From positions 18,734,340-18,798,339 of the forward strand of contig NC_068984.1 of the NCBI RefSeq assembly GCF_001194135.2: a stretch of 64,000 nucleotides of DNA, read 5' to 3'. Both the position numbers and the translations under genes were made by a program. Every line of letters starts with the position of its first letter. Positions within the stretch are counted from its first letter, which is position 1. The notes beneath the pieces were generated by a model, which saw nothing but the letters and a program-made list of their open reading frames with translations, made no database searches and had not been told where the DNA came from. Shown in pieces: positions 1 to 12,600 of this stretch. Source of the stretch: Octopus bimaculoides. Taxonomy: Eukaryota.

Positions 1-86
1 TCAAGAGGGAAAGCATGGGAATCATCTTAAACGTAATCGGTCATAATGTCTTACGTTTAAGATGATTCCCATGCTTTCCCTCTTGA
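1..86. repeat. Perfect inverted repeat, 36-bp arms, 14-nt spacer (may extend beyond the window start)
   Basis: 1-36 is the exact reverse complement of 51-86. Confidence 0.95.
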
Positions 87-203
87 GAAGGTTACAATTT
101 TAATATCAAAGATCCCTATGGATCACACAGGTTGTAATCCTTTGAAACATATGTAGGGATAAAGTATGCAATTATAACATGCGTTTTCTCCAATCCTTAA
201 ACT

Positions 204-243
<40 letters not shown>

Positions 244-2305
244 ACTACATGTGTATGTATATATATATATGCATGCATATATATATATCATTTATATATA
301 TATTATTTATATAAAATCATCATTTATCATATATATCATCATTTAGCTTTTGCTTTCCATGCTGGCATGGGTTAGACAGTTTGACTGGAATTGGAATTAG
401 TAAGCCAGAAAGCTGCACTGAACTCCAGTTTGATTTGGCATGGTTTCTACAGCTGGATGCCCTTCTTAATGCCAACCACTCAGGTGCGTTTTATGTGTCA
501 CTACCATGGGCACCTTTTATATGTAACCAGCACAGGTGTCTTTTATGTGTCACCAGCACCGGCCACAACTACAATTTCACTTGCCTCGATGAGTCTTCTC
601 AAGCACAACATAAAGCTAACTATTGATTTACATTACACTTTTGTAAGAAGGTCAACAAACTAGTTTACTGAAAACCAGTCTAGAAGTAACATGTCCAGAG
701 ATTAGTTACAAATCACAATATAACTAATCCCAACCCTTGAATTCATCATCATCATCATCACAAATCACAAAACATATTGCCAGCTGAATTTAATGACAAC
801 ATAATCAAGCATAACAAACAGGTGGTGTGATTAAAAGCCAAACAAATAAAGAACATTAGCAAAATGCCAGGTCAAAAACAGCAAGAAATACCAACCAAAT
901 CACAACATCCCTCTCCTCTTTTTAATGTCTACTTTCCCATGCTTGCATGGGTCAGGCAGAATTTGTTAAGGCTGATTTTTCTATAGCTGAATGCTCTTCT
1001 CGTCACCAACCCCCACCTGTTTCTAAGGTGATATTTCCCCATGAGCAGGCAGCTTTCCACAGATGATTGGAAACAAAGGACTCTGTTTGTACGACAGTGA
1101 CACTTGTTTACAACTATCATGTGACATCAAGGCAAAGAGAGAGTAATATATACACACACACATGTCCATATATACTATATGTACACGATGGGCTTCTTTC
1201 AGTTTCCATCCACCAAATCCATTCACAAGGCTTTGGTTGGCCTAGGGACTGAACCTAAAACCATGTGGTTGGAAAGCAAACTTTTTACCACACAACCACA
1301 CATGTGTCTTCACTACTACAAAAAGAAAAAAAAAACCATATGCAAATACATATATTGGATAATGTAGTCTCTGATACACAAAACGACGAAATGGCCATGT
1401 ATGGAATGTTTTATGTCTGCCAATCAGGGTTGGTCTAGGTCTAAGCAAGAACTATTTCACTACTCTGGCTTAATCATTTTGAATACATACATGTATCAAG
1501 ATATAGTCTAGATACATTGACACATTTTTCTTGAAGCTGTTCACAGATAAAGGTCAAAAGTTACAACATCATCTGAGTGCAATCCAACCTTTGAACCCAC
1601 AGCTGGGAAAGTGTCAAACAAATTCCTTTTCTTTTTCATAAATAGCCAATCAATAAGTCAAATGCTGTGTTTAATAGTTTTACAGAAAATATTTTAACTT
1701 CTCAAGTGGTTACTTTTTTCTCCTTTTTCTTTTACTTTATCAGAGAAACAAAAACACACACACACACAACTGAGAAACTCGCACACATCCACCCATTCAG
1801 CTCACATAATGCTCTCACATTAAAACGTTAAATAAACAAACAATAGACAAGTGGACTGACAGATTTTGATATAGTATATACTTCCCATTGTGTTAGCCAG
1901 CAATTCAATGCTTTAAATGCCATGTTTATAAAATTTTAATGTTTTTGAAGACAAAAATGGCTATGAATGCTATTACTAGGTCATCTAAAAAATACTGTTA
2001 TTTANNNNNNNNNNNNNNNNNNNNNNNNNNNNNNNNNNNNNNNNNNNNNNNNNNNNNNNNNNNNNNNNNNNNNNNNNNNNNNNNNNNNNNNNNNNNNNNN
2101 NNNNNNNNNNNNNNNNNNNNNNNNNNNNNNNNNNNNNNNNNNNNNNNNNNNNNNNNNNNNNNNNNNNNNNNNNNNNNNNNNNNNNNNNNNNNNNNNNNNN
2201 NNNNNNNNNNNNNNNNNNNCTGGATATGACAAGTCTAAATGCTAAAGAACAAAAAGAATTTAAAGAAAGTTCTTCTCAACTAAATTTCAGAAGTTTTATA
2301 GAAGT

Positions 2306-2640
2306 GAGTAATCGTTACCAGCGTCGCCTTCCTGGCACGTGAAAAGACATTCGAGTGAGGTCGTTGCCAGTGCCGCTGGACTGGCTCCTGTGCAGGTGGC
2401 ATGTAAAATACACCATTTTGAGCGTGGCCGTTGCCAGTACCGCTCGACTGGCCTTCGTGCCGGTGGCACATAAAAGCACCCACTACACTCTCTGAGTGGT
2501 TGGCGTTAGGAAGGGCATCCGGCTGTAGAAACTCTGCCAAATCAGATTGGAGCCTGGCGTAGCCATCTGGTTCGCCAGTCCTCAGTCAAATCGTCCAATC
2601 CATGCTAGCATGGAAGGCGGACGTTAAACGATGATGATGA
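2306..2640 (+). mobile_element. RTE 3'UTR-only copy, representative of a very abundant family (others near 330-640, 5580-5790, 6505-6720, 9866-10060, 15072-15295, 16440-16620, 33548-33821, 46575-46830, 48280-48720, 49165-49326, 59945-60375, 63715-64000)
   Basis: Shared sequence aaaagcacccactacactc...ggaagggcatccagctgtagaaac...ccatgctagcatggaaagcggacgttaaacgatgatga, identical in type to the 3' end of the coding RTE fragments. Confidence 0.88.
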
Positions 2641-4452
2641 GTGTATTAGCATAAGTTTATTTTTTGACAGTTTCTTTTTATTATTTTCTTTTAAAGCAAG
2701 GGTGGTGGAGCCATGTATTGGCCACAACTTGTGGGTTGCAGCAAGTGAAAGCGTATTAAACAGACCCAGCTGTTGTTACAGTAGTCTGAACAATTTAGCT
2801 GTAATATTTCAAACAAAGACAATGGAAAAATCATTTCAAAAGATTTGTTCTCTTACACAAAGTTAGACAATATAATTAATACTATTTTTGCTGGTGTACA
2901 AGATGCACTCGTGCATTAGGCATAACCCTATTTTACAAATATATATCAAGGAAAAAAGTAAATTTAGTATGTTTCATCAGATACATACTTAAAGATATTT
3001 TGAAGTGATTTCATAGGGGAAGAAATGTGTGAGTATGTGCCTGTGAATACATTATTCTGACAGTATACTGGAATAAACTATGAAACTATAAACTTATAAA
3101 TATGAAACTAGCTATAAATAAACTACATTGCAAAACTGGTATTTCGAGCTTCTAGTCACAAGGGTGGCTTTTCCACTTCTATCATTTTGTTGCCACTTCA
3201 TTTGTTGCCTTCTATCTTTCTAGGTGAATTTTTCATTCAGACAAAAATAAAGATTTCTTAAAGGCAACAGAGTCAGTTGTTAATGTAAGACATGTCAGGT
3301 GAGTTGTCTATGCTGGAGAAGAGAGTATAACAAAATTTTGTGACCTACCTACAATAACTACTGACATACTTTTCTTTTACTTGTTTCAATCATTTGACTG
3401 CAGCCATGCTGGAGCACTGCCTTAAAGCGTCTTAGTCAAAGAACTGGACTCCATGATATTCTTTGTAAGTCTAATACCTAATGCTTATTCTAGTGGTCTC
3501 TTGTGCCGAAACTGCTAAGTTACAGGGGCATAAGTACATCAGCATTGGTTGTCAAGTGATGGCAGGGGGACAAACATAGAAAAACACATGCATAAATAAA
3601 CACACACACACACACACACACAAGCTTCTTTCAGTTTCCGTCTACCAAATCCACTCACAAAGCTTTGGTCGGCCTGAAGCTATAGTAGAAGACACTTTCC
3701 CAAGGTGCCACACAGTGGGACTGAACCCAGAACCATGTGGTTGGGAAGCAAGCTTTTTACCATACAGCTACACCTGCACCTATATATTACTGTAAACAAA
3801 TTTTCATAATCACCACCATAGTCATCATTTAGTGCCTGTCTTTCATGCTGGCATGAATTGGTAATCCTGAGAGCTGCACCAAGGCTCCAGTCTGTTTTGG
3901 CTTGGTTTCTATGGCTGGATGCCCTTCCTAATGCCAACCACTCCATAGAGTGTAGTGGATACCTTTTACATGTCACCTGCACAATAGTTTGTGCCAACAT
4001 TCTGTGATAATAATCCCACTTCTTTCAATATTTTATTATGAATAATCATCATTAAGGTGGCAGGCTGGCAGAATTCTTAGCATACTAGACAGAATGCTTG
4101 GCAGCATTTTGTCCATCTTTATATTCTGGGTTCAAATTCTGTTGAGGTTGGCTTTGCCTTTCATCAAAAATTCATGAAAATTAAATCTAACGTTTGATTA
4201 CTGCTTTATTCTCTTCACTGCATAAATACTCTTAATTAATAGATTTTTCTTTAATTATATTAAATATGGTCATAGATTGACTTTATGCAGACAGTACTAT
4301 GAATTCTTATAATGATTGGAATCCAATTCTGTCTGCTTACAAGAAAGTTTCAGGAAGAAGTTTATCTCTCATCTACTGAAATATTTGGAGCCAATAGTAA
4401 TATGGAAATTTCTAATCAAACAAGATAGAGGGAATCAACAAAATATAAGTAT

Positions 4453-4803
4453 ACTCTTTTACTCTTACTCTTTTACTTGTTTCAGTCATTTGACTGCGCC
4501 CATGTTGGAGCACTGCCTTTAGTCGAGCAAATCGATCCCAGGACTTATTCTATGTTATGAGGACGTAAGCACACCAGCATCGGTTGTCAAGCGATGTTGG
4601 GGAGACAAACACAGACACACAAACATATATATATATACATATATACGACGGGCTTCTTTCAGTTTCCGTCTACCAAATCCACTCACAAGGCTTTGGTCGG
4701 CCCGAGGCTATAGTAGAAGACATTTGCCCAAGGTGCCACACAGTGGGACTGAACCCAGAACCATGTGGTTGGTAAGCAAGCTACTTAACACACAGCCACT
4801 CCT
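4453..4803 (-). mobile_element. tRNA-derived SINE (octopus OK-like); other copies near 3368-3781, 10620-10760, 19030-19395, 22135-22495 (+), 48890-49045, 52590-53110
   Basis: Pol III A/B-box-like head (tggctgtgttaag...ggttcagtccc), conserved body with an internal microsatellite, 3' tail ...gaaacaagtaaaaga; many dispersed copies. Confidence 0.85.
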
Positions 4804-6070
4804 ATGTAAAGAGTTTAAAATTTGGATTTGGTTTGCAAGATTCTTAATGAAAATTCATGTCATCATCACCATCATCATCCAACATCCGTTTTCCATGCTG
4901 GCATGGGTTGGACCGTTTGACTGAAAACTGGAAAGCTGCACCAGATTCCAATCTGATTTGGCATGGTTTAATGGCTGGATGCCCTCCCTAATTCCAACTA
5001 CTCCCAAGAGTGTAGTGGGTGCTTTTTACATGCCACTGGCACAGGTACCAGTCACACAACACCAACATCAGCCACAACTATGCTCTTACTTGGCTTGACA
5101 AATACAGTATATTGCCAAAGGTCTTGGTCACTTGTCACTATCTCTGAAGCATATTTTGTTATATCTTGGGAGGGTCAATATGCCAATAACAAATACATAC
5201 ACTGGTTATATTTCACTTCTTTTATTATTAGTTAGTTGAAAGGTGGTGTGCTGGCAGAATTGTTAAGGTGTTGGACAAAATGCTTAGTGGCATTTGGTCT
5301 GCTCTTTACGTTTTGAATCCAAATCCTGCTGAGGTTGACTTTGGCTTTCATCCTTGCAGGGTTGATAAAATAAGTGCCAGTCAAGTACTGAAGTTGATGG
5401 CATCAACTTGCCCCGCCGCCTCTCAAAGTTTCTGGCCTTGTGCCAAAATTAGAAAGAATCATTAGTCAACTAACTAGGGCATGTCATTGATGAGATCATG
5501 AGTAGCAATGAAAGGACTATGACAAACCTAGCTGATTGATTAGTTAATTGGCGAAATCATTAACCAACTGATTAATAGTAATCCTCATCATCATCGTTTA
5601 ACGTCCGTTTTCCATGCTGGCATGGGTTGGACGGTTTGACTGGGGACTGGTAAGCCAGGGGGCTGCACCAGGCTCCAATCCCATCTGACAATATTTCTAC
5701 AGCTGGTTGCCCTTTGTAATGCCAACCACTCTGAGAGTGTAGTGGGTGCTTTTTACGTGCCACCGGCATGGGAGCCAGTTAGGCGGAAGGTCTGAAATCT
5801 GGTGGGAGAGGGTTTGTCAATTACACCGACCCCAGTACTTGAAAGGAAGAAAGTCAAATCAACTTCAGTGGAGTTTGAACTCAAGAATGTAAAGCTGGAA
5901 GAAATGCAAAAAAGCATTTTATCTGGTAGCTAATGGTTCTGCTTGTAGCCTTCAAATGAGTAATAATAAAAGAAGTGAAACAGAACCAGTGTGAGTGTCT
6001 ATTATTTACATAATGACCCTCCCCAGATACAATAAAAAAGTTGACAAAAGCCACGTAAAACAAGACAACA

Positions 6071-6237
6071 TTCTATTGAATCACCCAAGTTTGAAAGAAA
6101 TCTGGCTGCTAATATCAAAAACACAGATTTTATATTATAAACGCATTTAGTTACACCCATTAATAAGACATAAGCTTAAAATGCAAAACTTACAAGTTGA
6201 CGTGTAATCACATTTACTGATTATGCATTATCATGTT
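6071..6237 (-). pseudogene. Decayed duplicate of exon 7 3' part plus its donor and downstream intron flank
   Basis: Matches 9176-9370: 28-nt identity agcttaaaatgcaaaacttacaagttga, 18/19 ttctattgaatcac(c/t)caag, and a 10-mer ttatcatgtt. Confidence 0.8.
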
Positions 6238-6270
6238 AACTAGAAATTCAATAAGGAAAGATGAACTCAC

Positions 6271-6401
6271 ATCCCTTGTAAGAGTTGTTGCGTAAATGAA
6301 GTCTCCTTGTATCCCAAAAGAAACTACTTCGTGTAACAGAGATTTCCATACTTTATAGTCACCACTGGATTTTTTCAATGTATAAACATCACCTTTGTAA
6401 T
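6271..6401 (-). CDS. SORT1: Sortilin-like exon 8 (131 nt, YKGDVYTLKKSSGDYKVWKSLLHEVVSFGIQGDFIYATTLTRD)
   Basis: gtttttaacag| acceptor, |gtgagt donor, phase 1/0; SFGIQGDFIYAT resembles sortilin SFGLGGRFLFAS. Confidence 0.92.
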
Positions 6402-9400
6402 CTGTTAAAAACAAACAGAATTATTATTTAGGAGGCATGCATACACTCCACCCACTCTTATTTCCATGTAGACATGCATATGACAATCTGGTTATCTAAT
6501 ATAAAATCATCATCATCATCATCGTTTAACATCCGCCTTCCATGCTAGCATGGGTTGGACGATTTCACTGAGGACTGGCAAACCAGATGGCTGCACCAGG
6601 CTCCAATCTGATTTAGCAGAGTTTCTACAGCTGGATGCCCTTCCTAACGCCAACCACTCCGAGAGTGTAGTGATTGCTTTTACGTGCCTCCAGCACAAAG
6701 GCCACTCAGGCAGTACTGGCAACAACTGGCATTAAGTACAAACAGAGCTTAGCTGTGCAATTTTAATAATAATAATAATAATCCTTTCTACTATAGGCAC
6801 AAGGCCTGAAATTTTGGAGGAAGGGACGAGTCGATTACATCAACCCCAGTGTTTCTCATTAGTGCCAACACCATGAAAACAAACACCCAGTGGTTGATGA
6901 CAGGAAGCGTATCCTGTTGTAGAAACCATGCCAAAGCAGACTTTGAAGCTGAGTGCAGTCCTCTAGCTCATCAGCTCCTGTCAAATTGTCTAACTCATGC
7001 TTGCATGGAAAACAGACATTAAATGATGATGATGAGGACACACACAGAGACTGACTGACTGACTGTTATAAACAATTCACTTTAGTATGGACAGAAAATC
7101 TTATCTTAATATATAAAGCTGAAGTTGTGTGTCTGTGTGAAGCCGTTTTTAAAGTTTATAGAAATCCACATTTTCCACATTTTCGTAAAATTTTTTACAT
7201 CAATTGAATTTTCTCGATGTGAACTTTCCAGTGCAGTAATTAGATTTTTTAAAATTCCGTTTACTTTGTGTGATTTAAGGGAGATTTGACTGTTGTTTCT
7301 AGCAACTTTTATATTTCTTCCCTTCTTCCTGTATCAGCGTTCTTATAGAGAGTAAGAGTAAATGAGGGAAAGGGAGAGAGAGAGAAAGTAATACATACAA
7401 AGTCATAGATTAACTTGGTTACATTTTACACTCTTACTTCTTCCTCTCTCTCATTTAATACCTTTCCTCTACCTCTAACATATTTTTCATACCATAGAAA
7501 CGTAAAAACACACACGACCACACATACGTGATCTGTGACAACATACACATAAACAATTCAACATTATAGACATAAGATTTAGTTTCTGTTTCTTATATAA
7601 ACACGTACACGTATTGCTATTTTATAACTGTCTTCCGTTCTCTCTTTCTCTCTTCATTGCTACCATCTCTATTCCTTTCTCCCCCCACTCTCTCTCTCAC
7701 AAAACATTCACTACAATATAACTCATGTTCGTCAATGTTTGGTAAATATACCACGATTTTCATTAGGGTGTTAGTGTTAGGGTTTATATATCACTCTCTC
7801 TCTCTCTCTTTCCCCCTCTTTTACTCTTACTCTTATATATTGAGCGCATAATTATTGCATTGGAAAGTTCACATCGAAAAAATTCCATTGATGTAAATAT
7901 TTTAAAATTCTGTTTACTTTGTGTGATTTAAGGGAGATTTGGCTGTTGTTTCTAGCAACTTTTATATTTCTTCCCTTCTACCTGTACACACAATCATTGA
8001 CTACAATATAACTCATGTTCGTCAATGTTTGGTAAATATACAACGATTTTCACTAGGGTGTTAGGGTTAGGGTTTTAGGGTTAGGGTTTAGAGTTAGGAT
8101 TAGGATTAGTGTTACGGTTTTAGGGTTTTAAAGTTAGGGTTAGGGTTGGGTAATCGTGCAGGTGTTAATATGAAAAATTACAGAAATGTGAAAATTACCA
8201 ACCCTGCCATCTATTATAACTTTTGTTGATCTGTTTAATATATACATAGATTATGCTTCCAAAGAAGAGAGTTTGCTGGGGAAAGAAAGCAACCAGTTTA
8301 AAATGACAGCAACAGACTGCAGCAATTCACCAAATTCCAGAAGCTACTTTGAACATAATGCAAAATGGTGCATCAACTTCTTCTGCCTAATCTGATAGAA
8401 TTCTGGCAAAACTGTGTAGCAACAGATCGCCAGTAATTGCTTCATCAGAAATTGCCATCCTACCTCCTGCTAAAAGGGATTACCCTGCTATATATAATCA
8501 GGGCAGCGCAAAAAGTTGTTTTGCACAAGCATTTCTACAGCCAATTAGACGGATGAAATTTACATACGCTTAATAATGTTACACAAAACAGCCTTCAGAC
8601 TTTCCCTATTAATTTCATTGTCTTTTGAATTATGAACATATTTACATCATAAGGGTTTTTCCGTTGTAAGGCTTTCTTTTTTAGTTGATTTTCACCTAGC
8701 AAGACTTATTGTAGATGGCGTAATAAGTCACACCCGGACAAGGTCGGGTTATACTGCTAGTATTTTAATAAAGTAGCAGATATTATCTGTCCGCATTGTA
8801 AGTATTTTTATGAAATATGCTATTTTTCTCCTCATCCATTCAGCACAGATACAGTGGTATATCTACAAGTTACTCAAATCAATGAGAGAGCTTCTACATG
8901 GTCATGCGACTTGCTAGAAATAGCAGCCAAATAATCCTCCAAATTAAAAACTATTACTACCATTATTATAAAAGGAACAACACATTTGTCCAATGTAGTC
9001 CTAGTTAAGCGATGTCTGAAGACAGGATGGTCATCATTGGAAAACTTTTGATTATAGGTAAGCTTGAATATTTTAAACTTGGGCTTCAACAACACAGTAT
9101 TATAGAGTTACTATTTACCCAAGAGAAAGACCACTATACCTGCCCCAAGTATGCATTACATTTATTACATCAAGTTTCTATTGAATCACTCAAGCATGGA
9201 AGAGCTATTGCTGTTAATATCAAAAACTCTGATCTTACATTACAAATATTATATAGGCATTAAGTTACACTCAGTAATAATACAACATGAGCTTAAAATG
9301 CAAAACTTACAAGTTGAGGTATAGGAGTTATTCTTCTCTGATATGTAGACAGTATAATTTTTATCATGTTTTGAAGTTGACCTGAAAATGACAAAAAAAA

Positions 9401-9616
9401 AGAAGTCTAACTACTACATAATAGAATTAGATAGAGCAAGTTAGTATTAAAGCAAGCTATTATCAACTAGTGACATAGTTTGAACAATGTATTTCATGTA
9501 ACACAACACAACTAATTTGAAAATGAGAATGTAAGGCTGTGCACCTAACATACAAAATATAGTTAATATGTCATGTTAAGTAATTTGATTGGTAATTTTC
9601 GCTCTCACTCTCCATT

Positions 9617-9648
<32 letters not shown>

Positions 9649-12600
9649 TATAAACTCAATCAACATTGTCATAATGCTTACTTTTCCATAGTTGCAGGTG
9701 TTGGACAGAATTCAACTCCCACCTCTTTCAAAGCAAGGTAATATTTCACCTTGGCCAGACATGTTTTCATGGAAGATTAGAAATGAATGGTATTGCCTGT
9801 ATGATGGTGACTCATTTACAACCATAACACAATGTCATGACAAAGAGACACAAATATGTGTGTATTATCATCATCATCATCATTTAACATCTGCTTTCCA
9901 TGCTAGCATGGCTTGGACGATTTGACTGAGGGCTGGCAAGCCAGAAGGCTGCCCCAGGCTCCAATCTGATCTGGCAGAGTTTCTACAGCTGGATGCCCTT
10001 CCTAACGCCAACCACTCCGAGAGTGTAGTGGGTGCTTTTACGTGCCACCAGCACGAGGGAATCATTATCATTTAACATCTGCCTTCCATGCTAGCATGGG
10101 TGGGATGGTTTCACAAGAGCCGGCCAGGCAGAAGCCTGCACCAGACTTCTGTGACTGTTTTGGCAGGATTTTTACAGTTGGATGCCCTTTCTAACACCAA
10201 TCACTCAGCAGAGTGGACTTAGTGCTTTTTATGTGGCACAAGCACAGGCGAGGTCAGTTTTGGCAAGGTTTTTACAGCTGGATACCCTTCCAGACACCAA
10301 CCACTTCACAGTGTGGACTGGGTGCTTTTAAGTGCACCTGCACTGACAGGGTCACCAAGTACTTATATTATATATATATGGCTTTTGTTAAGTAGCATCA
10401 ATTTTTACAATTCCGTAAATAATAATAATAGTATTTTATAAGCTTATAAGCAATCACCCCGCAATGACTAAAAACAATAGTCTAATAATGGGGCATATAA
10501 GCCCTTGACAGAAAAAAGTAAGTTTTCCTGTATGCGTGGGACTTGAACCCACACCTCTTTGTTTTCGTGACAAGAATGCTACATATAGATATATATAGAG
10601 AGATAAAGAGAGACACACACACACACGATGGGCTTCTTTCAGTTTCTGTCTCTAACAAATCTACTCACAAGGCTTTGGTTGAGCTGGGTCTGTAGTCAAG
10701 GATACTTGCCCAAGGTGCCATGCAGTGGGATTGAACCTGAAACCTTGTGGTCAGAAAGCAAACTTCATAATTTCTAACAGTTGCACAAAGCCACGATATA
10801 TTCTGAGAGAAGTACAGTTGAATGAAATGACACCCAGTACTTAGCTGGTACTTTGTTTTGTTGATCCCAGAAAAAAATGATAGACACAAAGAACCCCCAG
10901 GATACTTTATACTCACTTTATAGAAAGACATAATAGCACAAGGTATATCATCTGTCCCTCTACTTTCAAATATGCTTGCAGTAGATTTTTATACTCCTCC
11001 TCACTGCCGCCGTGACCATCACCACCAGCAATATAATTTTATATTCACTTCTCATGCTGGCATGGGCTGCACTGGTCAACATGGTCTGAATCAGTTCTTA
11101 TTTGTTGTTAATGTCTTCCTAGGTGAGTTGAATGGCTATGTTTCAATCATGCATTTCATTTTTGGCATGGCCTCTAACACTAGATGTCCTTCGTACCACC
11201 AATCACTTTACAGAATGTACTGAGTGTATTCTATTAGCGTCAGAAGTTGTTATATCCTCAACAAGACATGACTGAAGGGTCTTCTTGGCCCCACATTTTT
11301 TCCATTTGTTCCACAGCCACTTTGTAAAGTGTACAGGGTGCATTTTATTCTGACACCAGCCCTTAAGACAAAACAGTCCTCATTGCTCAATGCTGTCACT
11401 GTTTATTCCAGACTCGACCAATGGACTGAGGAGAAAAAGTGTTTGTAGAAAATAAAGTCAGGTGAGATAGAAAGAAGAGGAAATAAAAGTGAATGATGTG
11501 ACAGTATGGAAGAGGAGGGAGGAATGAGAGAAACAGCAACAGCAGAGGACATTGAGGAAAGATACTAATGGAAGTGAAATGCTTGCTGACAAGAGAGAAG
11601 TAAGTGCAAGTGATAGTTATGGAAATGCTTGGAAGTAAAAGAGTGCCATGGATGTCAACAATGAGAGGCTGAGGTGGGGGGTGAGGTGGCCAGAAGTATA
11701 GAAAGCGGGATGGTTGTTGGTAAGAATTTTGATCAACAAGTGCAGCGAAGTTACTAAAAGCTCGCAGGAGAAACAAGACAAATAGAAAAAATGCTTACCA
11801 AAAGAATAGATTAACGTTTGAAGCAATAGGTTTCCAATGCCTTCCACCATCACTTGAAATATGGAGTTGCTGCAAGAAATTATAAACAAGATTTAAAAGC
11901 AATTTTTTTTTTTTTTAATATATATTTCTCTCTCTCTCTTACTTATACACACACCAGAGTTGAAATGAAGTATATGAAAGTAAACCTTTTAGATTCTAAG
12001 CTGAACCTTTTAGACTGATCACAAAATACATCCTGTCTATGTTACTCTAACAGTTCTCTTTATTTAGAAATCAACTCAATACATTTCTACCTGCATCATC
12101 TCATCAGATCAACTTATTATAATTAAAAAAACGATAAACGTCGCCCTTTCAAAACCTAGCCAGGCTCAGGGGCCCGGTTTCCATGGTGTATGTGTTCCCC
12201 CCAGCTGGACAGGATGCCAATCCATTGCAGCGTTACTCAAGAAACAGGAAGAAAGAGTGAGAGAAAGTCGGGGCGAAAGAGTACAACAGGGGTCGCCACC
12301 ACCCCCTGCCGGTACTCGTGGAGCTTAGGTGTTTTCGCTCAAACACTCACAACGCCCAGTCTGGGAATCGAAACCACGATCCTCCAATCGCGAGCCCACT
12401 GCCCTAACCACTGGGCCATTGCGCCTCCTTATTATAACTAGGTCTAGCCTAATTAAATTTCTCCCCATATCTTTACTGCACATCCCACCACTGACTCTCA
12501 ATATTTCTTCAGCAAGCATATTCCATCTGTATTACATATCAGCATTGTCCTTTTACTGTAAGTGGAAACCATGACAGCAGCTAACTTTCTTTTCTGTTTA

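Noticed and set aside
4453-4803. tRNA-like A/B boxes in many places
   Set aside because: These are SINE heads; no complete cloverleaf, so no tRNA gene is called.
1-6070. Search for sortilin exon 9 (expected phase 0, Asp-box near the start)
   Set aside because: Candidates at about 1880-1985, 3224-3298 and 4340-4410 have stops in usable frames or the wrong strand. Exon 9 is probably outside the window or in the 2005-2219 gap.
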